Below, piece after piece: positions 50,507 through 60,770 of a stretch of DNA of 64,000 bases. Position numbers and translations under genes: made by a program. Source of the DNA: Bdellovibrionales bacterium (GTDB taxonomy: Bacteria; Bdellovibrionota; Bdellovibrionia; Bdellovibrionales; CAYMLA01). The notes below the pieces were generated by a model, which worked only from the letters and a program-made list of their open reading frames with translations, was not told the DNA's origin and did no database searches. The stretch covers positions 608,001 through 672,000 of the forward strand of contig OZ244239.1 of NCBI GenBank assembly GCA_965217115.1, given 5' to 3'. Each line of letters begins with the position of its first letter. Positions within the stretch are counted from its first letter, which is position 1.

Positions 50507-50785
50507 CTAAACTCCCTCAAAGATGGAAATCTTCTCGCCCTTTTTCAATTTCACATAAGCTTTTTTCCAGTATGGAACCTTGCCCACACCGTGGCGATTT
50601 CTCTTAGCTCTTCCGCGACAAACAGACGTTCTCACGCTGTCCACCTTCACACGGAAAACCTTCTCAATAGCCGCACGCACTTCTACTTTATTTGCTTTAC
50701 GATCAATCTCAAAAACGTAAGTTCCTTCTTTCGTTTGATAAGTATTTTTTTCTGTCACTAAAGGACGTTTTATAATATTTAACAT
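50507..50785 (-). CDS. rplW: 50S ribosomal protein L23
   Basis: PLVTEK, ANK.EV..AIE, WKKAYV. Confidence 0.96.
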   Translation of the reverse strand: MLNIIKRPLVTEKNTYQTKEGTYVFEIDRKANKVEVRAAIEKVFRVKVDSVRTSVCRGRAKRNRHGVGKVPYWKKAYVKLKKGEKISIFEGV

Positions 50786-50787
50786 CT

Positions 50788-51423
50788 CTACTTCCCTGCC
50801 TTATCTGTCGCACAACGATTGACAATTTCATTCACACTGTCCTTGGTTATAATGACTGTGTCATATCTCAACAAATCATAAACATTTAATCCCGCCACAC
50901 TGTAATAACGAAAATCAGATAAGTTATTCGCCGCTCGATGGAACTTCTCATTCAATGAGCCATCCACGAGAACCGCCTTTTTCACTCCAAATCCAGATAA
51001 ACGCTTAAAAAGCTCAGACGTTTTACCCTCAGAATCCATATTTTCAACCACAAACAATCTACCCTCACGATATAAGTGAGATAGCGCCACGCGCAACCCC
51101 GCTCGTTTCACTTTCTTAGGTAAATTATAGGAATAATCACGAGGTTGAGGACCAAAAATCGTACCACCACCTGGCATTAAAGGAGATCGAGTCGAACCCT
51201 GACGAGCATTACCCGTTCCCTTTTGCTTAAAAGGCTTCTTACCACCACCGCGGACTAAACCCTTCGTCTTTGTCTTATGAGTTCCCTGACGACGACAGGC
51301 TAATTGCCAACGCACCACTGTATGAAGCAAATCCCTACGCAAAGGAGCCTCAAACACATCAGAGACCAAATCCACCTGACCCGCTTTCTTCTTATCCCAA
51401 TTTAAAATATCAGTTGTCGCCAT
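50788..51423 (-). CDS. rplD: 50S ribosomal protein L4
   Basis: RQGTHKTK, KPFKQKGTGNARQG, GGGTIFGP. Confidence 0.98.
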   Translation of the reverse strand: MATTDILNWDKKKAGQVDLVSDVFEAPLRRDLLHTVVRWQLACRRQGTHKTKTKGLVRGGGKKPFKQKGTGNARQGSTRSPLMPGGGTIFGPQPRDYSYNLPKKVKRAGLRVALSHLYREGRLFVVENMDSEGKTSELFKRLSGFGVKKAVLVDGSLNEKFHRAANNLSDFRYYSVAGLNVYDLLRYDTVIITKDSVNEIVNRCATDKAGK

Positions 51424-51445
51424 ATCCTAACCTTCTAAAACCTAT

Positions 51446-52171
51446 CTAATTATACTTAACCAATTTAACCAAAGTATTACGAGCTCCGGGAACTGCTCCC
51501 TTAACAAGCACCACATTCTCATCAACAATCACATCCACTATTTGAACATTTTTAACAGTGGTATTTTTATCTCCATAATGACCTGGCATTCTCTTACCCG
51601 CCATAACTCGCCCTGGCCAAGTTCTGTTACCAGAGGACCCTGGTCGTCTATGGAAACCCGAACCATGTGACGCCGGACCACCACAGAAATTAAAACGCTT
51701 CATACCACCAGCAAACCCACGCCCCTTAGACTTAGACGTCATCTGCACACAATCACCCTTAATCAAACTACCAATGGTCACCTTCTGTCCCAAAACCACC
51801 CCATCGGGGAGACCCTGGCGAACTTCACGAATCAACTGAGGGGCATTCTCAAAAACCCCTGACTTACTCGCATGCCCTTTTTGTGGCTTAATTGTGTTCT
51901 TTGATTTTTTATTCTTGCAGCCAATTTGAATGGCTTCATAACCATCCGTTTCAGCCGATTTAATTTGAGTCACAAACCAAGGCTCATATCTTAAAACTGT
52001 CACTGGCACGGCCTCTTCGCCGTCATACACAGTAGACATACCCACTTTAAAGCAATACAAAGCCTTAAGCTTTAATTCATTGCTACTCTCTTGGGCTTCA
52101 GAAACAATCTCTTGAGTTTCAACAGCAGCCTCTTGCTGTTCGTCTTTCTGCCCCTCTTGTGCTTCACTCAT
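51446..52171 (-). CDS. rplC: 50S ribosomal protein L3 with acidic N-terminal extension
   Basis: KVGM, SKGRGFAG, HGS, KRMPG, KGAVPG. Confidence 0.97.
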   Translation of the reverse strand: MSEAQEGQKDEQQEAAVETQEIVSEAQESSNELKLKALYCFKVGMSTVYDGEEAVPVTVLRYEPWFVTQIKSAETDGYEAIQIGCKNKKSKNTIKPQKGHASKSGVFENAPQLIREVRQGLPDGVVLGQKVTIGSLIKGDCVQMTSKSKGRGFAGGMKRFNFCGGPASHGSGFHRRPGSSGNRTWPGRVMAGKRMPGHYGDKNTTVKNVQIVDVIVDENVVLVKGAVPGARNTLVKLVKYN

Positions 52172-52181
52172 ATTTCAGCTC

Positions 52182-52502
52182 CTAACCAGAAGATAACTTA
52201 ATTTCCACATCCACACCCGCAGATAGATCCAACTTCATCAATTGATCCACTGTCTGCTGCGAAGGCTCTAATATATCCAACAATCTCTTATGAGTTCTAA
52301 TTTCAAATTGCTCACGGGATTTTTTATCCACATGGGGAGAACGCAAAACCGTATAACGATTAATTCTTGTCGGAAGGGGGATTGGTCCCGCAATACGAGC
52401 CCCTGTCCTTTTGGCTGTCTCCACAATCTCTTTGGTCGATTGATCCAAGAGCTTGTGATCAAACGCCTTTAAACGAATTCTAATTTTTTGATTCGGCACC
52501 AT
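52182..52502 (-). CDS. rpsJ: 30S ribosomal protein S10
   Basis: [30 protein letters not shown]. Confidence 0.99.
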   Translation of the reverse strand: MVPNQKIRIRLKAFDHKLLDQSTKEIVETAKRTGARIAGPIPLPTRINRYTVLRSPHVDKKSREQFEIRTHKRLLDILEPSQQTVDQLMKLDLSAGVDVEIKLSSG

Positions 52503-52663
52503 ACCCACATCCTCAAGGAATTTTCTTTACTAAATACCTAATTATATTCACTTTTCTATATTTAACTAAGACACAAAACCAGCAAATTTCTCTCTTTTAA
52601 GAAGGTCCTTGCGCTTCACTGTTCACAGCGGGACCAGAAGAATTCTTGTATCACAGGAGGCCG

Positions 52664-52692
52664 AATATAGAAGGAAGCCTACAGGCTGTCAA
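52664..52692 (-). promoter_or_regulatory. Sigma-70 promoter of the S10 operon
   Basis: TTGACA-N17-TATATT followed by the GC-rich discriminator CGGCCTCC. Confidence 0.72.
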
Positions 52693-52892
52693 ATTATTTT
52701 CAGCTTTTCTTTAGAAAAATCGACTATTTATTATGACCATCCAGACCTCTTCAAATTAAACTCTGAAATCAACCGAAGAAATGCCATTCTTCACCCACTA
52801 GGGGTGGTAAAATATATAGTGTTTAACCTTGAGCTATCACCAAACACCTCAAGACAACCAACTGGTCGTTATAAGACAGGCCCTATAACTCC

Positions 52893-53474
52893 CTAAAAAC
52901 TCAATTCATCTAAAGAAAGGGAAAAACTATGGATGAAATTCTTTAAAAAATAATCCACTTCCTTCATTTTCATCTCTTGCAAGGCGCTCTCTAAGCTCAT
53001 TTTGGCTCGATTAAATTCTCGATTTCCCGACGCTATTTCCTCTAAGCACTTGATATAAGCACAGAGGGTGTCCGCGGCTTTCACAATTTTCCAATGATCT
53101 CTCTCCTCCCCTGTTTTTAACAAAATATGATTATACTCAGGTCGCAAATCATCTGGTAAAAAAGAGAGCAACTTCTCAACAGCATGGGCTTCAATTGCCT
53201 TGTAAGCCTCTTTTATATTAGCATTGAAATACTTCACCGGTGTTGGCATATCTCCGGTAAAGACCTCTGCAGAATCGTGAAACACGGCCAACAGAGTCAC
53301 CCTCTCAGGGTTAACCTCTCCATCAAAGTATTTGTTCTTAATTAACGCCAAAGCATGGGCGATCATCGCCACCTGTAAGCTGTGTTCTTGAACATTCTCC
53401 TTGCGCGTATTATGCATTAAAGACCAACGTTCAATTAATTTCATTCGTGATAAATAAGCAAAAAAATGACTCAT
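52893..53474 (-). CDS. yfbR: HD-domain 5'-deoxynucleotidase
   Basis: SHFFAYLSR..RW.LM, ENVQEHS, HD, TGDMPTPVKY, ADTLCAYIKC. Confidence 0.9.
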   Translation of the reverse strand: MSHFFAYLSRMKLIERWSLMHNTRKENVQEHSLQVAMIAHALALIKNKYFDGEVNPERVTLLAVFHDSAEVFTGDMPTPVKYFNANIKEAYKAIEAHAVEKLLSFLPDDLRPEYNHILLKTGEERDHWKIVKAADTLCAYIKCLEEIASGNREFNRAKMSLESALQEMKMKEVDYFLKNFIHSFSLSLDELSF

Positions 53475-53514
53475 AACCTGTTTCCCTTTTTATAAGAGTA
53501 TATATAATAGCCTT

Positions 53515-55614
53515 TTAAGCATAACCAAACTTAGAAAGAATCTCTTCACTCACCGCAGAGGGCATCGAATCGTAATTTAGGAACTCCATAGAAAAATTCG
53601 CTCTGCCCTGAGAAATGGACCGTAAGGCCGTTGCATAACCAAACATCTCTGCCAAGGGGACTTCCGCAGAGACAACCTGGCTTTCATTTTTCATTGTTAT
53701 ATTTTCCACCTTTCCGCGACGACTATTAATATCACTTATCACATTTCCCACAAAATTCTCTGGCGATACGATCTCTACCTTAAACACTGGCTCCAGAAGC
53801 TCTGGCGAAGCTTTCTTTATCGCTTGCTTCACCACTATATTCGCACAAGCCTTAAAAGCCATCTCTGTCGACGTCTCAGGGTTTGCCTCTCCATCTATAA
53901 CCGTCAATTTCATATCCACCATACTATAACCAGCCAAAAGACCCACCTCTGTCGCATCTCTCAAGCCCTGTTTCACTGCACTGTGAAACTTCTCAGGCAC
54001 ACTTTGAATATCTGCCTGCCAAACAACATCAACACCATCACCCCTGGGAAGAGGTTCTATCTGCACAAATAATTTTGCAAATTGCTCCTGACCACCCATC
54101 ACTCTCTCAAAAACCACACTCTCTCTAATTTTTTTCTTAATCGATTCTCGATAGGACACCTGAGGTTTTCCTATATTGGCCTGAATTTTAAACTCACGAA
54201 ATAAGCGATCCACTAAAATTTCTAAATGCAACTCTCCCATGCCTGACAAAATATTCTGGCCCGTTTCCAGGTCCACTGTTAAGCGACAGGAAGGATCTTC
54301 ATAGGCTAAGCGCTCTAGGCCCTCCATCATTTTCTTTTGATCTGCTGAAGATTTTGCCTCTACGACCACCGAAATCACAGGCTCAGGAAATTGAATTCTC
54401 TCCAAAACAACACTGCGACGGGTTTCACAAATCGTATCTCCTGTTCCTGTAAATTTCAAACCAACTACAGCACCAATATCACCTGCCTTTAATTCCGAAA
54501 CTTCTTTACGAGAATTAGCATGCATCTTCACTAATTTTTGAATTCTCTCTTTCTTCTGAGTTCTCGGATTATAAAGTTGGGCTCCTGCCTTCACGACACC
54601 TGAATAAACACGAATATAAGTCAAAGACCCTGTAAAAGAATCCGAAGCTATTTTAAAAGCCAATGCCGCTACTGGTTCATCAAAATCCGTATAACATTCA
54701 ATCTTTTTCTCTTCTTTCTCAGGGTCTCTTCCCTCAATAAACGGCACATCTAATGGTGATGGTAAATAAGCCAAGACAGCATCCAATAAGGATTGTACAC
54801 CCTTATTTTTAAATGCTGTTCCACAAAGAACAGGAGTGAAATCTAAAGACAATGTCCCCTTGCGAATCACTTTTTGAATTTCATCAACAGACAGCTCTTT
54901 ACCCCCTAAATATTTCTCCATCACCTCATCATCATATTCAACAAAAGCTTCAAGCATCTCTACTCTTTTAATCTCCACCTCTTTCTTCAAATCGGAAGGA
55001 ACTTCTATGACCTCAAATGCCTCTCCCAATCCATCGTCTTTCCAAACATAGGCCTTGTTCACAACTAAATCCACCACTCCACGAAACTGATCTTCGCTAC
55101 CAACAGGAATTTGAATTGGAATTGGACAACCTCCTAATCTCTCAGTGATTGTTCCTACACTCATATTAAAATCAGCTCCAACACGATCCATTTTATTTAT
55201 AAAACAAATTCGTGGAACATTATAACGATCAGCTTGTCGCCAAACTGTCTCCGACTGCGGCTCTACACCATTAACTCCGTCAAAAACAGCAATTGCTCCA
55301 TCAAGAACACGCAAAGCTCTCTCCACCTCAATCGTAAAGTCCACATGCCCTGGAGTATCAATGATATTGATTCTATGGTTTTTCCATTCACAGGTCGTCG
55401 CCGCACTGGTGATCGTAATTCCTCTCTCCTGCTCTTGCTCCATCCAATCCATGGTGGCATCACCATCATGGACTTCTCCAATCTTGTGACTCTTACCTGA
55501 ATAATAAAGTATCCGCTCTGTTGTCGTCGTTTTACCCGCATCTATATGGGCCATAATGCCAATATTACGAGTCCACTTTAAATCTTCAATATTCTCTGGC
55601 TCTTCTGATGACAT
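53515..55614 (-). CDS. fusA: Elongation factor G with divergent domain IV (EF-G2-like)
   Basis: [39 protein letters not shown]. Confidence 0.93.
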   Translation of the reverse strand: MSSEEPENIEDLKWTRNIGIMAHIDAGKTTTTERILYYSGKSHKIGEVHDGDATMDWMEQEQERGITITSAATTCEWKNHRINIIDTPGHVDFTIEVERALRVLDGAIAVFDGVNGVEPQSETVWRQADRYNVPRICFINKMDRVGADFNMSVGTITERLGGCPIPIQIPVGSEDQFRGVVDLVVNKAYVWKDDGLGEAFEVIEVPSDLKKEVEIKRVEMLEAFVEYDDEVMEKYLGGKELSVDEIQKVIRKGTLSLDFTPVLCGTAFKNKGVQSLLDAVLAYLPSPLDVPFIEGRDPEKEEKKIECYTDFDEPVAALAFKIASDSFTGSLTYIRVYSGVVKAGAQLYNPRTQKKERIQKLVKMHANSRKEVSELKAGDIGAVVGLKFTGTGDTICETRRSVVLERIQFPEPVISVVVEAKSSADQKKMMEGLERLAYEDPSCRLTVDLETGQNILSGMGELHLEILVDRLFREFKIQANIGKPQVSYRESIKKKIRESVVFERVMGGQEQFAKLFVQIEPLPRGDGVDVVWQADIQSVPEKFHSAVKQGLRDATEVGLLAGYSMVDMKLTVIDGEANPETSTEMAFKACANIVVKQAIKKASPELLEPVFKVEIVSPENFVGNVISDINSRRGKVENITMKNESQVVSAEVPLAEMFGYATALRSISQGRANFSMEFLNYDSMPSAVSEEILSKFGYA

Positions 55615-55672
55615 AAATTACACTCTTGTTAAAAGCTTCTGGAAAACAATGCCATTACCAAATGTTTACATT

Positions 55673-57064
55673 TTAAAGAACTTCTCTTTTGTTGATAATC
55701 TTAATATCATCTCTGTGATAACCTATTTCTTTTAACAGAGGAAAGAGAACCTTACGATCACCCATCACGTAAAGATACCCCCCTTGAATCTGAGTATGAT
55801 CTCTACGAAAGTTATTCACATCACCCACAGTCACCCCATCTAAAATATCCAGATAATCAGATGGATAACTGTGATCTAAATCATAAAGAAAACTTCTAAT
55901 ATCTTCAGACAATCTTTCATAGGGCAACTCCATTCCCTCTTTAAACCGGTTGGTCAACGCCTTCTTGGCCAGTTCAACTTCTTGACGATCTAGTTTCTCA
56001 ACTAGAAATCCAGATATAACTTCAGGGATTCCTGCAATTAATGCCGCAATTTGTTTATGCCCTCCGAAAGTATACGCCGACCACCCAGGCACACCGGACA
56101 TTAAAAATGAGCCTGCATAATAGGTTAGCCCTCTCTTTACACGCAACTCACTACCTAGTCTTCCTGAAAGTCCACCGCCAAGTAAACGATGGGTCACCTC
56201 ACCTATCACCCGCTCTTTTGAGTCTCTCTGAACATTATCAGGATAAACAAAAAGGACCTGACTGTCTTTTGCACCTTTTTGATGGATCAACGTGATCTTC
56301 CTGCGTTTATTTTTATAATTATTCCCATTCAATTTTGGAAAATGAAATTTCTTGTACTCAACAACACCCTCCTGTTCAGGCCACAATCTATCAAGCGTAT
56401 TTTGTAATTCATCACCCGTCATTGGGCCTACAGCAGAAAAGAACAGCGACTGCCAGTTAATAACACTCTCATATACAGACTTTAAATCTCTTAACTGAAC
56501 ATTCCCTACTGATTTAGGTGAGCCTCCTCCCTTAGAAGTATCAGGGTGTTGATCAAAGGCTTGTCGAATTCCGTAATAAAAAATCACTTCTCTCATGCTA
56601 TCAAACTTGAGCTTAGTTAAAGACATTGTTTTTTTCTTCGCAATGTTGAAATTTTTCTGACTCATCTTTGGATTCTTTAAAACTCGATCTGTTAATAACA
56701 AAGTTCTCCGCAAGCTCTCTTTAGGTGCCACAACTTTAACTCTAAAGCTTCTTGGACTTCCAGAAAAACTCACATCGGCATTTAATAGAAACAACTTTTT
56801 GCGAAATTCATCACTAGTCATTCCCTCCGGCCCTTCCTGTAACATAAGAGCAAGAACATCCACTGCTCCCTGCTTATCGGCAGAAAATAATGAGGGACCA
56901 CCTGGAAATATCAACGAGACAATTTCCCGTGGCATCTCCTGACTCTGACGAACCAATAAAGGAGCATGATTTTTTAATTTTTTCTTAATGCTCGAAGAAC
57001 AACCTACCGTGAGTAACGACACAGTAAAGATAAATATTAATTTTAAAATTAAATATTTTTTCAT
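55673..57064 (-). CDS. M16 (insulinase) peptidase, non-catalytic lipoprotein subunit
   Basis: Lipobox LTVGC, LGGGLSGRL..ELRVKRGLTY; no HxxEH motif. Confidence 0.75.
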   Translation of the reverse strand: MKKYLILKLIFIFTVSLLTVGCSSSIKKKLKNHAPLLVRQSQEMPREIVSLIFPGGPSLFSADKQGAVDVLALMLQEGPEGMTSDEFRKKLFLLNADVSFSGSPRSFRVKVVAPKESLRRTLLLTDRVLKNPKMSQKNFNIAKKKTMSLTKLKFDSMREVIFYYGIRQAFDQHPDTSKGGGSPKSVGNVQLRDLKSVYESVINWQSLFFSAVGPMTGDELQNTLDRLWPEQEGVVEYKKFHFPKLNGNNYKNKRRKITLIHQKGAKDSQVLFVYPDNVQRDSKERVIGEVTHRLLGGGLSGRLGSELRVKRGLTYYAGSFLMSGVPGWSAYTFGGHKQIAALIAGIPEVISGFLVEKLDRQEVELAKKALTNRFKEGMELPYERLSEDIRSFLYDLDHSYPSDYLDILDGVTVGDVNNFRRDHTQIQGGYLYVMGDRKVLFPLLKEIGYHRDDIKIINKREVL

Positions 57065-58383
57065 TTTCGACTCCTCACTGCGATCATATTATCAGGTCTT
57101 AAATATCGATCCGTAAATTCAATGACCTCTTCTTTCGTTGGAGAGAAATCTCTCAACATCTCTGGTAAGAATCGAATATTTCCAAATTTTCCCCAGTATA
57201 GAGCTACCGAACCTGTCAAACCAACATTTTTTAAAACACCCTCAGATATTTCTATTTTAAACTCTTTAATATAAGCTTGCCATTCCTCAGCAGACATATT
57301 TTTTAAAATTTTCGGTATCTCCTTAAACTGCCCTAAGACTCTATTAAAAGAAGCCTCTGGATATAAAACCACCATAGCCTTTAAAAGCCCCCTGTCGTAG
57401 TAATGATTAAAACCCGATACTTCACTAGCCCACTTGAGTTTATGCACAAGAAGCTTTTTCATTAAACTAAATTTAGACTCAAAAACAATATGGTTAATAA
57501 AATTTATCGTATTAAAATTTTTCTTGTTGTATGGAGGTAAATAATAACCTACTAGCAAATTACGAGAGCTTGCCTTTAACTTTCCGACCTTGATTCTTGT
57601 CTTTTTACGACCTGCTACATAAGATCTAGGCAGATGAGAATCCTCACCTCTCTCCCACTTACCGTAAAATTTCACAATATCCTTCAATACTTTTCCATGG
57701 GAGATATCTCCAGACACAAAAATTCCTACATTATTAGGCTTGTAATACTTAGAGAAAAAATCATTGCATTGCTCAGCATTAATTCTGTCTAAATCTTTAC
57801 GAAAGCCCACGATCATCCAGCCAAATGGATGCCCCTTAAAGCCTTCCTTGTAAATACGATCCCACAGATCCACGATAGGATTTGTGTCCATGGAAGTCAC
57901 ATACTCAGAGCGAACAGCTTCTTTCTCTAATTTCAATAATTTATCTGTCACTACTAAATTTTGAAATCTTTGCGACTCTAAAAGTAGAGATTCTCCTACT
58001 TTCGATGAAGGCACTGAAATATTATACACCGTCGCACCAAAGCGCGTGTTCGCATTTCCAGACCCACCAAGTTTTTTCAACTTATCGAAGAATCCACTCT
58101 CGCCTTTCTTTAAAGGGCGAAACATCATATGTTCGAAAAGATGAGCCATTCCTGTAATGCCTTTCTTTTCATGTAGACTTCCTGTCTTAACCCAATGAAA
58201 AATAGAAACCGTTGGAGCTCTTTTGTTCTCCATCAAAACAACTGTTAACCCATTTCTCAATTTGTACTCATAGGCGTGAACATCTGCCCTCACCGCCACT
58301 TTTTGTACAAAATGATACGAGGGACTTCCCCAAGAAGGTAATGACACAAATAACATAACTAATGCAGCAAATAGACGACCCAT
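57061..58383 (-). CDS. M16 peptidase, catalytic subunit with signal peptide
   Basis: LRNGL, GSLHE..GMAHLFEHMMF, NA.T, HPF, YYKPNN. Confidence 0.88.
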   Translation of the reverse strand: MGRLFAALVMLFVSLPSWGSPSYHFVQKVAVRADVHAYEYKLRNGLTVVLMENKRAPTVSIFHWVKTGSLHEKKGITGMAHLFEHMMFRPLKKGESGFFDKLKKLGGSGNANTRFGATVYNISVPSSKVGESLLLESQRFQNLVVTDKLLKLEKEAVRSEYVTSMDTNPIVDLWDRIYKEGFKGHPFGWMIVGFRKDLDRINAEQCNDFFSKYYKPNNVGIFVSGDISHGKVLKDIVKFYGKWERGEDSHLPRSYVAGRKKTRIKVGKLKASSRNLLVGYYLPPYNKKNFNTINFINHIVFESKFSLMKKLLVHKLKWASEVSGFNHYYDRGLLKAMVVLYPEASFNRVLGQFKEIPKILKNMSAEEWQAYIKEFKIEISEGVLKNVGLTGSVALYWGKFGNIRFLPEMLRDFSPTKEEVIEFTDRYLRPDNMIAVRSRK

Positions 58384-58492
58384 AAATCCAAAATCTCCTT
58401 ACAAAAAAATCAAGGACACAAGCTATTATAGATTTAATTGAATAGATAGAGTTTACACTTAGCGTAATTTAAGATAAAATAACAGATAAACC

Positions 58493-59806
58493 TTAAAGTA
58501 TATTAGCCGCCAATTCAGCCAGCACAGAACGTTCACCCTTAGTCAAAGTCACATGTGCCGATATTTCTTGACCCTTAAACCGTTCAACGGCGTAAGTTAG
58601 ACCACTGTTCGCCGAGTCTATATAGGGATTATCAATTTGATAGTAATCACCCGTTAAAATAACCTTTGTTCCATCACCTGCACGAGTGACAATTGTTTTA
58701 ATTTCATGGGGAGTTAAGTTCTGTGCTTCATCCACAATCAAATACTGATTAGGAATGCTGCGACCCCGAATATACGTGAGTGGTTCAATATTTAACATTC
58801 CCTGGCTAATCAACTCCTGTGCTCGCCCAGAGGCTTTCTTGTCAGACCCCATTAGAAATTCAACATTGTCAAAGATCGGCTGCATCCACGGGTTTAATTT
58901 TTGTTCAATATCCCCTGGCAAATAACCAATATCCCTACCCATCGGAAAAATCGGCCGACTCACCAAGAGCTTTTGAAATTTACTCTCATCAAGTGTTTTG
59001 TAAAGCCCCGCTGCAATTGCTAACAGGGTTTTACCCGTACCCGCCTTACCCACAAGGCTTACAAACATAATTTCATCATTCAATAAGCAATCCAGAGCAA
59101 AACTCTGCTCTACGTTGCGAGGATTAATGCCCCAAACATTATCAGGTGAAAATATCAAAGGAACAACTCCCTCTTTTTTTACACAATAACGACCAATAGC
59201 GCTCTGATTAGGGTTCTCTGTGTCTTTCATTATAACGTACTGATTTGCCAACAGACGATGTTCACCCTCAAGGCGATGAACTCTGTTCTGATAGAAATCA
59301 TCAATTTTACCACTCGTCATTTTAATTTCCAAATAACCATCGTAGAGGTCATCTGTCGAAACATTATTAGGGTCATAATCAGTAGCATTAACCCCAAAGA
59401 CATCAGCCTTAATACGCAAGTTAATATCTTTAGAAATTAGCGTTACTTCACTCTTAGAAAACTTTGTTTGTAAAGCTAAAGCCATCATAAGAATGCGATT
59501 ATCAACCTTGTCTGTATCTAAATCTAAGGGTGTTGCCGACAGTGTTAAATCAGCCATAATAAAAATACGCGTATCAGAATTATCTAAAGTCACACCCTTT
59601 GCTAAAGACCCTTTGCTCCTCAAAACGTCTACAAAACGACTAAATTGTCGCGCATTGCGACCATTCTCCCCGTTGTCTCTTTTAAAACGATCAATTTCCT
59701 CTATAACTGAGATCGGTATATAAACATCCGCCCCTTGGAATTTAGTAAGAGCTTGGGAGTCAAAGAGAAGAACATTTGTATCAATAACAATTTTTTTATT
59801 TTGCAA
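58493..59806 (-). CDS. PIN-PhoH fusion (PhoH2/YlaK family)
   Basis: PIN motif DTNVLL; GKAGTGKT, IRGRS, DEAQN. Confidence 0.92.
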   Translation of the reverse strand: MQNKKIVIDTNVLLFDSQALTKFQGADVYIPISVIEEIDRFKRDNGENGRNARQFSRFVDVLRSKGSLAKGVTLDNSDTRIFIMADLTLSATPLDLDTDKVDNRILMMALALQTKFSKSEVTLISKDINLRIKADVFGVNATDYDPNNVSTDDLYDGYLEIKMTSGKIDDFYQNRVHRLEGEHRLLANQYVIMKDTENPNQSAIGRYCVKKEGVVPLIFSPDNVWGINPRNVEQSFALDCLLNDEIMFVSLVGKAGTGKTLLAIAAGLYKTLDESKFQKLLVSRPIFPMGRDIGYLPGDIEQKLNPWMQPIFDNVEFLMGSDKKASGRAQELISQGMLNIEPLTYIRGRSIPNQYLIVDEAQNLTPHEIKTIVTRAGDGTKVILTGDYYQIDNPYIDSANSGLTYAVERFKGQEISAHVTLTKGERSVLAELAANIL

Positions 59807-59939
59807 AGGGAATCCCCTCCGATATCGTCGTTATTTTAAGACGGTCTCACTACTTAGTAAAACCATCTCTATCATATTGGATAACAACGGGAGAACAAAG
59901 TCCATCAAAATAATTCTATAACCTGAATTTATAACGAGA

Positions 59940-60428
59940 TTAACCCTGACAATTGCCTAGATTAGAAACCATAATATCCCCAGCGTCTGTTACTAAGCTC
60001 GCGTTCACCGTTTCAATGAACTTCACAAAGTGCCCCAGAGCCTCGTCATTAACGCTCCCTTGAGCATAAACAGCTCCATGGCGTGTCACTTTCTCATCTG
60101 AAATAGTTCTGATGTTTGTTATTTTAACGACAAAAGGGAAATAAGTTTTGTTATTCATATAAACACGCATGGCCAGCTCTTCATTCAATAAAAAGCTACC
60201 CTCCTCTTCTTCCATCTCAAAAGCCAAACCATTTTTGGAAATATTATAGAGCGAAACCTTTTTGAGACCTTTACCTGGAATAATAACATGCACACCTATG
60301 AATTCTGATAAAAGAGTTCTCTTTACCATTCGACGCTCAGATTCTAAAATTTCTTGTCGCCTTAGTCTCATGTCAGAGACAGAACACTTCGCCCCTTTAT
60401 TGGTTCTCTGAATATCTATTTGCGCCAT
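59940..60428 (-). CDS. PilZ-like domain protein
   Basis: RRMVKR and NISKNG resemble the PilZ RxxxR and D/NxSxxG motifs; start uncertain (60428, 60440 or 60494). Confidence 0.6.
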   Translation of the reverse strand: MAQIDIQRTNKGAKCSVSDMRLRRQEILESERRMVKRTLLSEFIGVHVIIPGKGLKKVSLYNISKNGLAFEMEEEEGSFLLNEELAMRVYMNNKTYFPFVVKITNIRTISDEKVTRHGAVYAQGSVNDEALGHFVKFIETVNASLVTDAGDIMVSNLGNCQG

Positions 60429-60524
60429 TCTGCGTTTCATAAAAGAATTCACAAGATTCGTTTTTTCGGACACGAAACCCCCTTGGCCCACCACCGGTTT
60501 TAACTGCCACCTCTATGTAGTCAC

Positions 60525-60551
60525 CTATCGGAAAAAAAGGGCTTCAACTTA
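60525..60551 (-). promoter_or_regulatory. Putative sigma-28 (FliA) promoter
   Basis: TAAG-N15-TCCGATAG upstream of the PilZ-like gene. Confidence 0.55.
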
Positions 60552-60770
60552 AATGAATTCAAGGGAAAAGCTAGAAATTTGTCTATCTTTTTGACACTTT
60601 TCACATCCGTTATGACTTTAGTGCAGTTCCCACCCCTCTGCCCTTACGATGCCTTTTTTTTTCCGATAAAATACTCCCATGGAAAAGTTCACCCTCTCTA
60701 CCGAATTAGACCCCTCTGAAAGTATTAGCTTCCCCTCTGACTGCATCCAAAAAAACAGCGGCGACGACTT

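Noticed and set aside
39161..52472. Many short antisense or alternate-frame ORFs over ribosomal genes
   Set aside because: They fully overlap conserved genes and show no motifs
52609..52896. 95-aa plus-strand ORF between rpsJ and yfbR
   Set aside because: It overlaps the S10 promoter, starts with TTG and has no recognisable motif
58493..59806. PIN domain as a toxin-antitoxin or defence system
   Set aside because: PIN-PhoH fusions are a widespread known family, and there is no adjacent antitoxin
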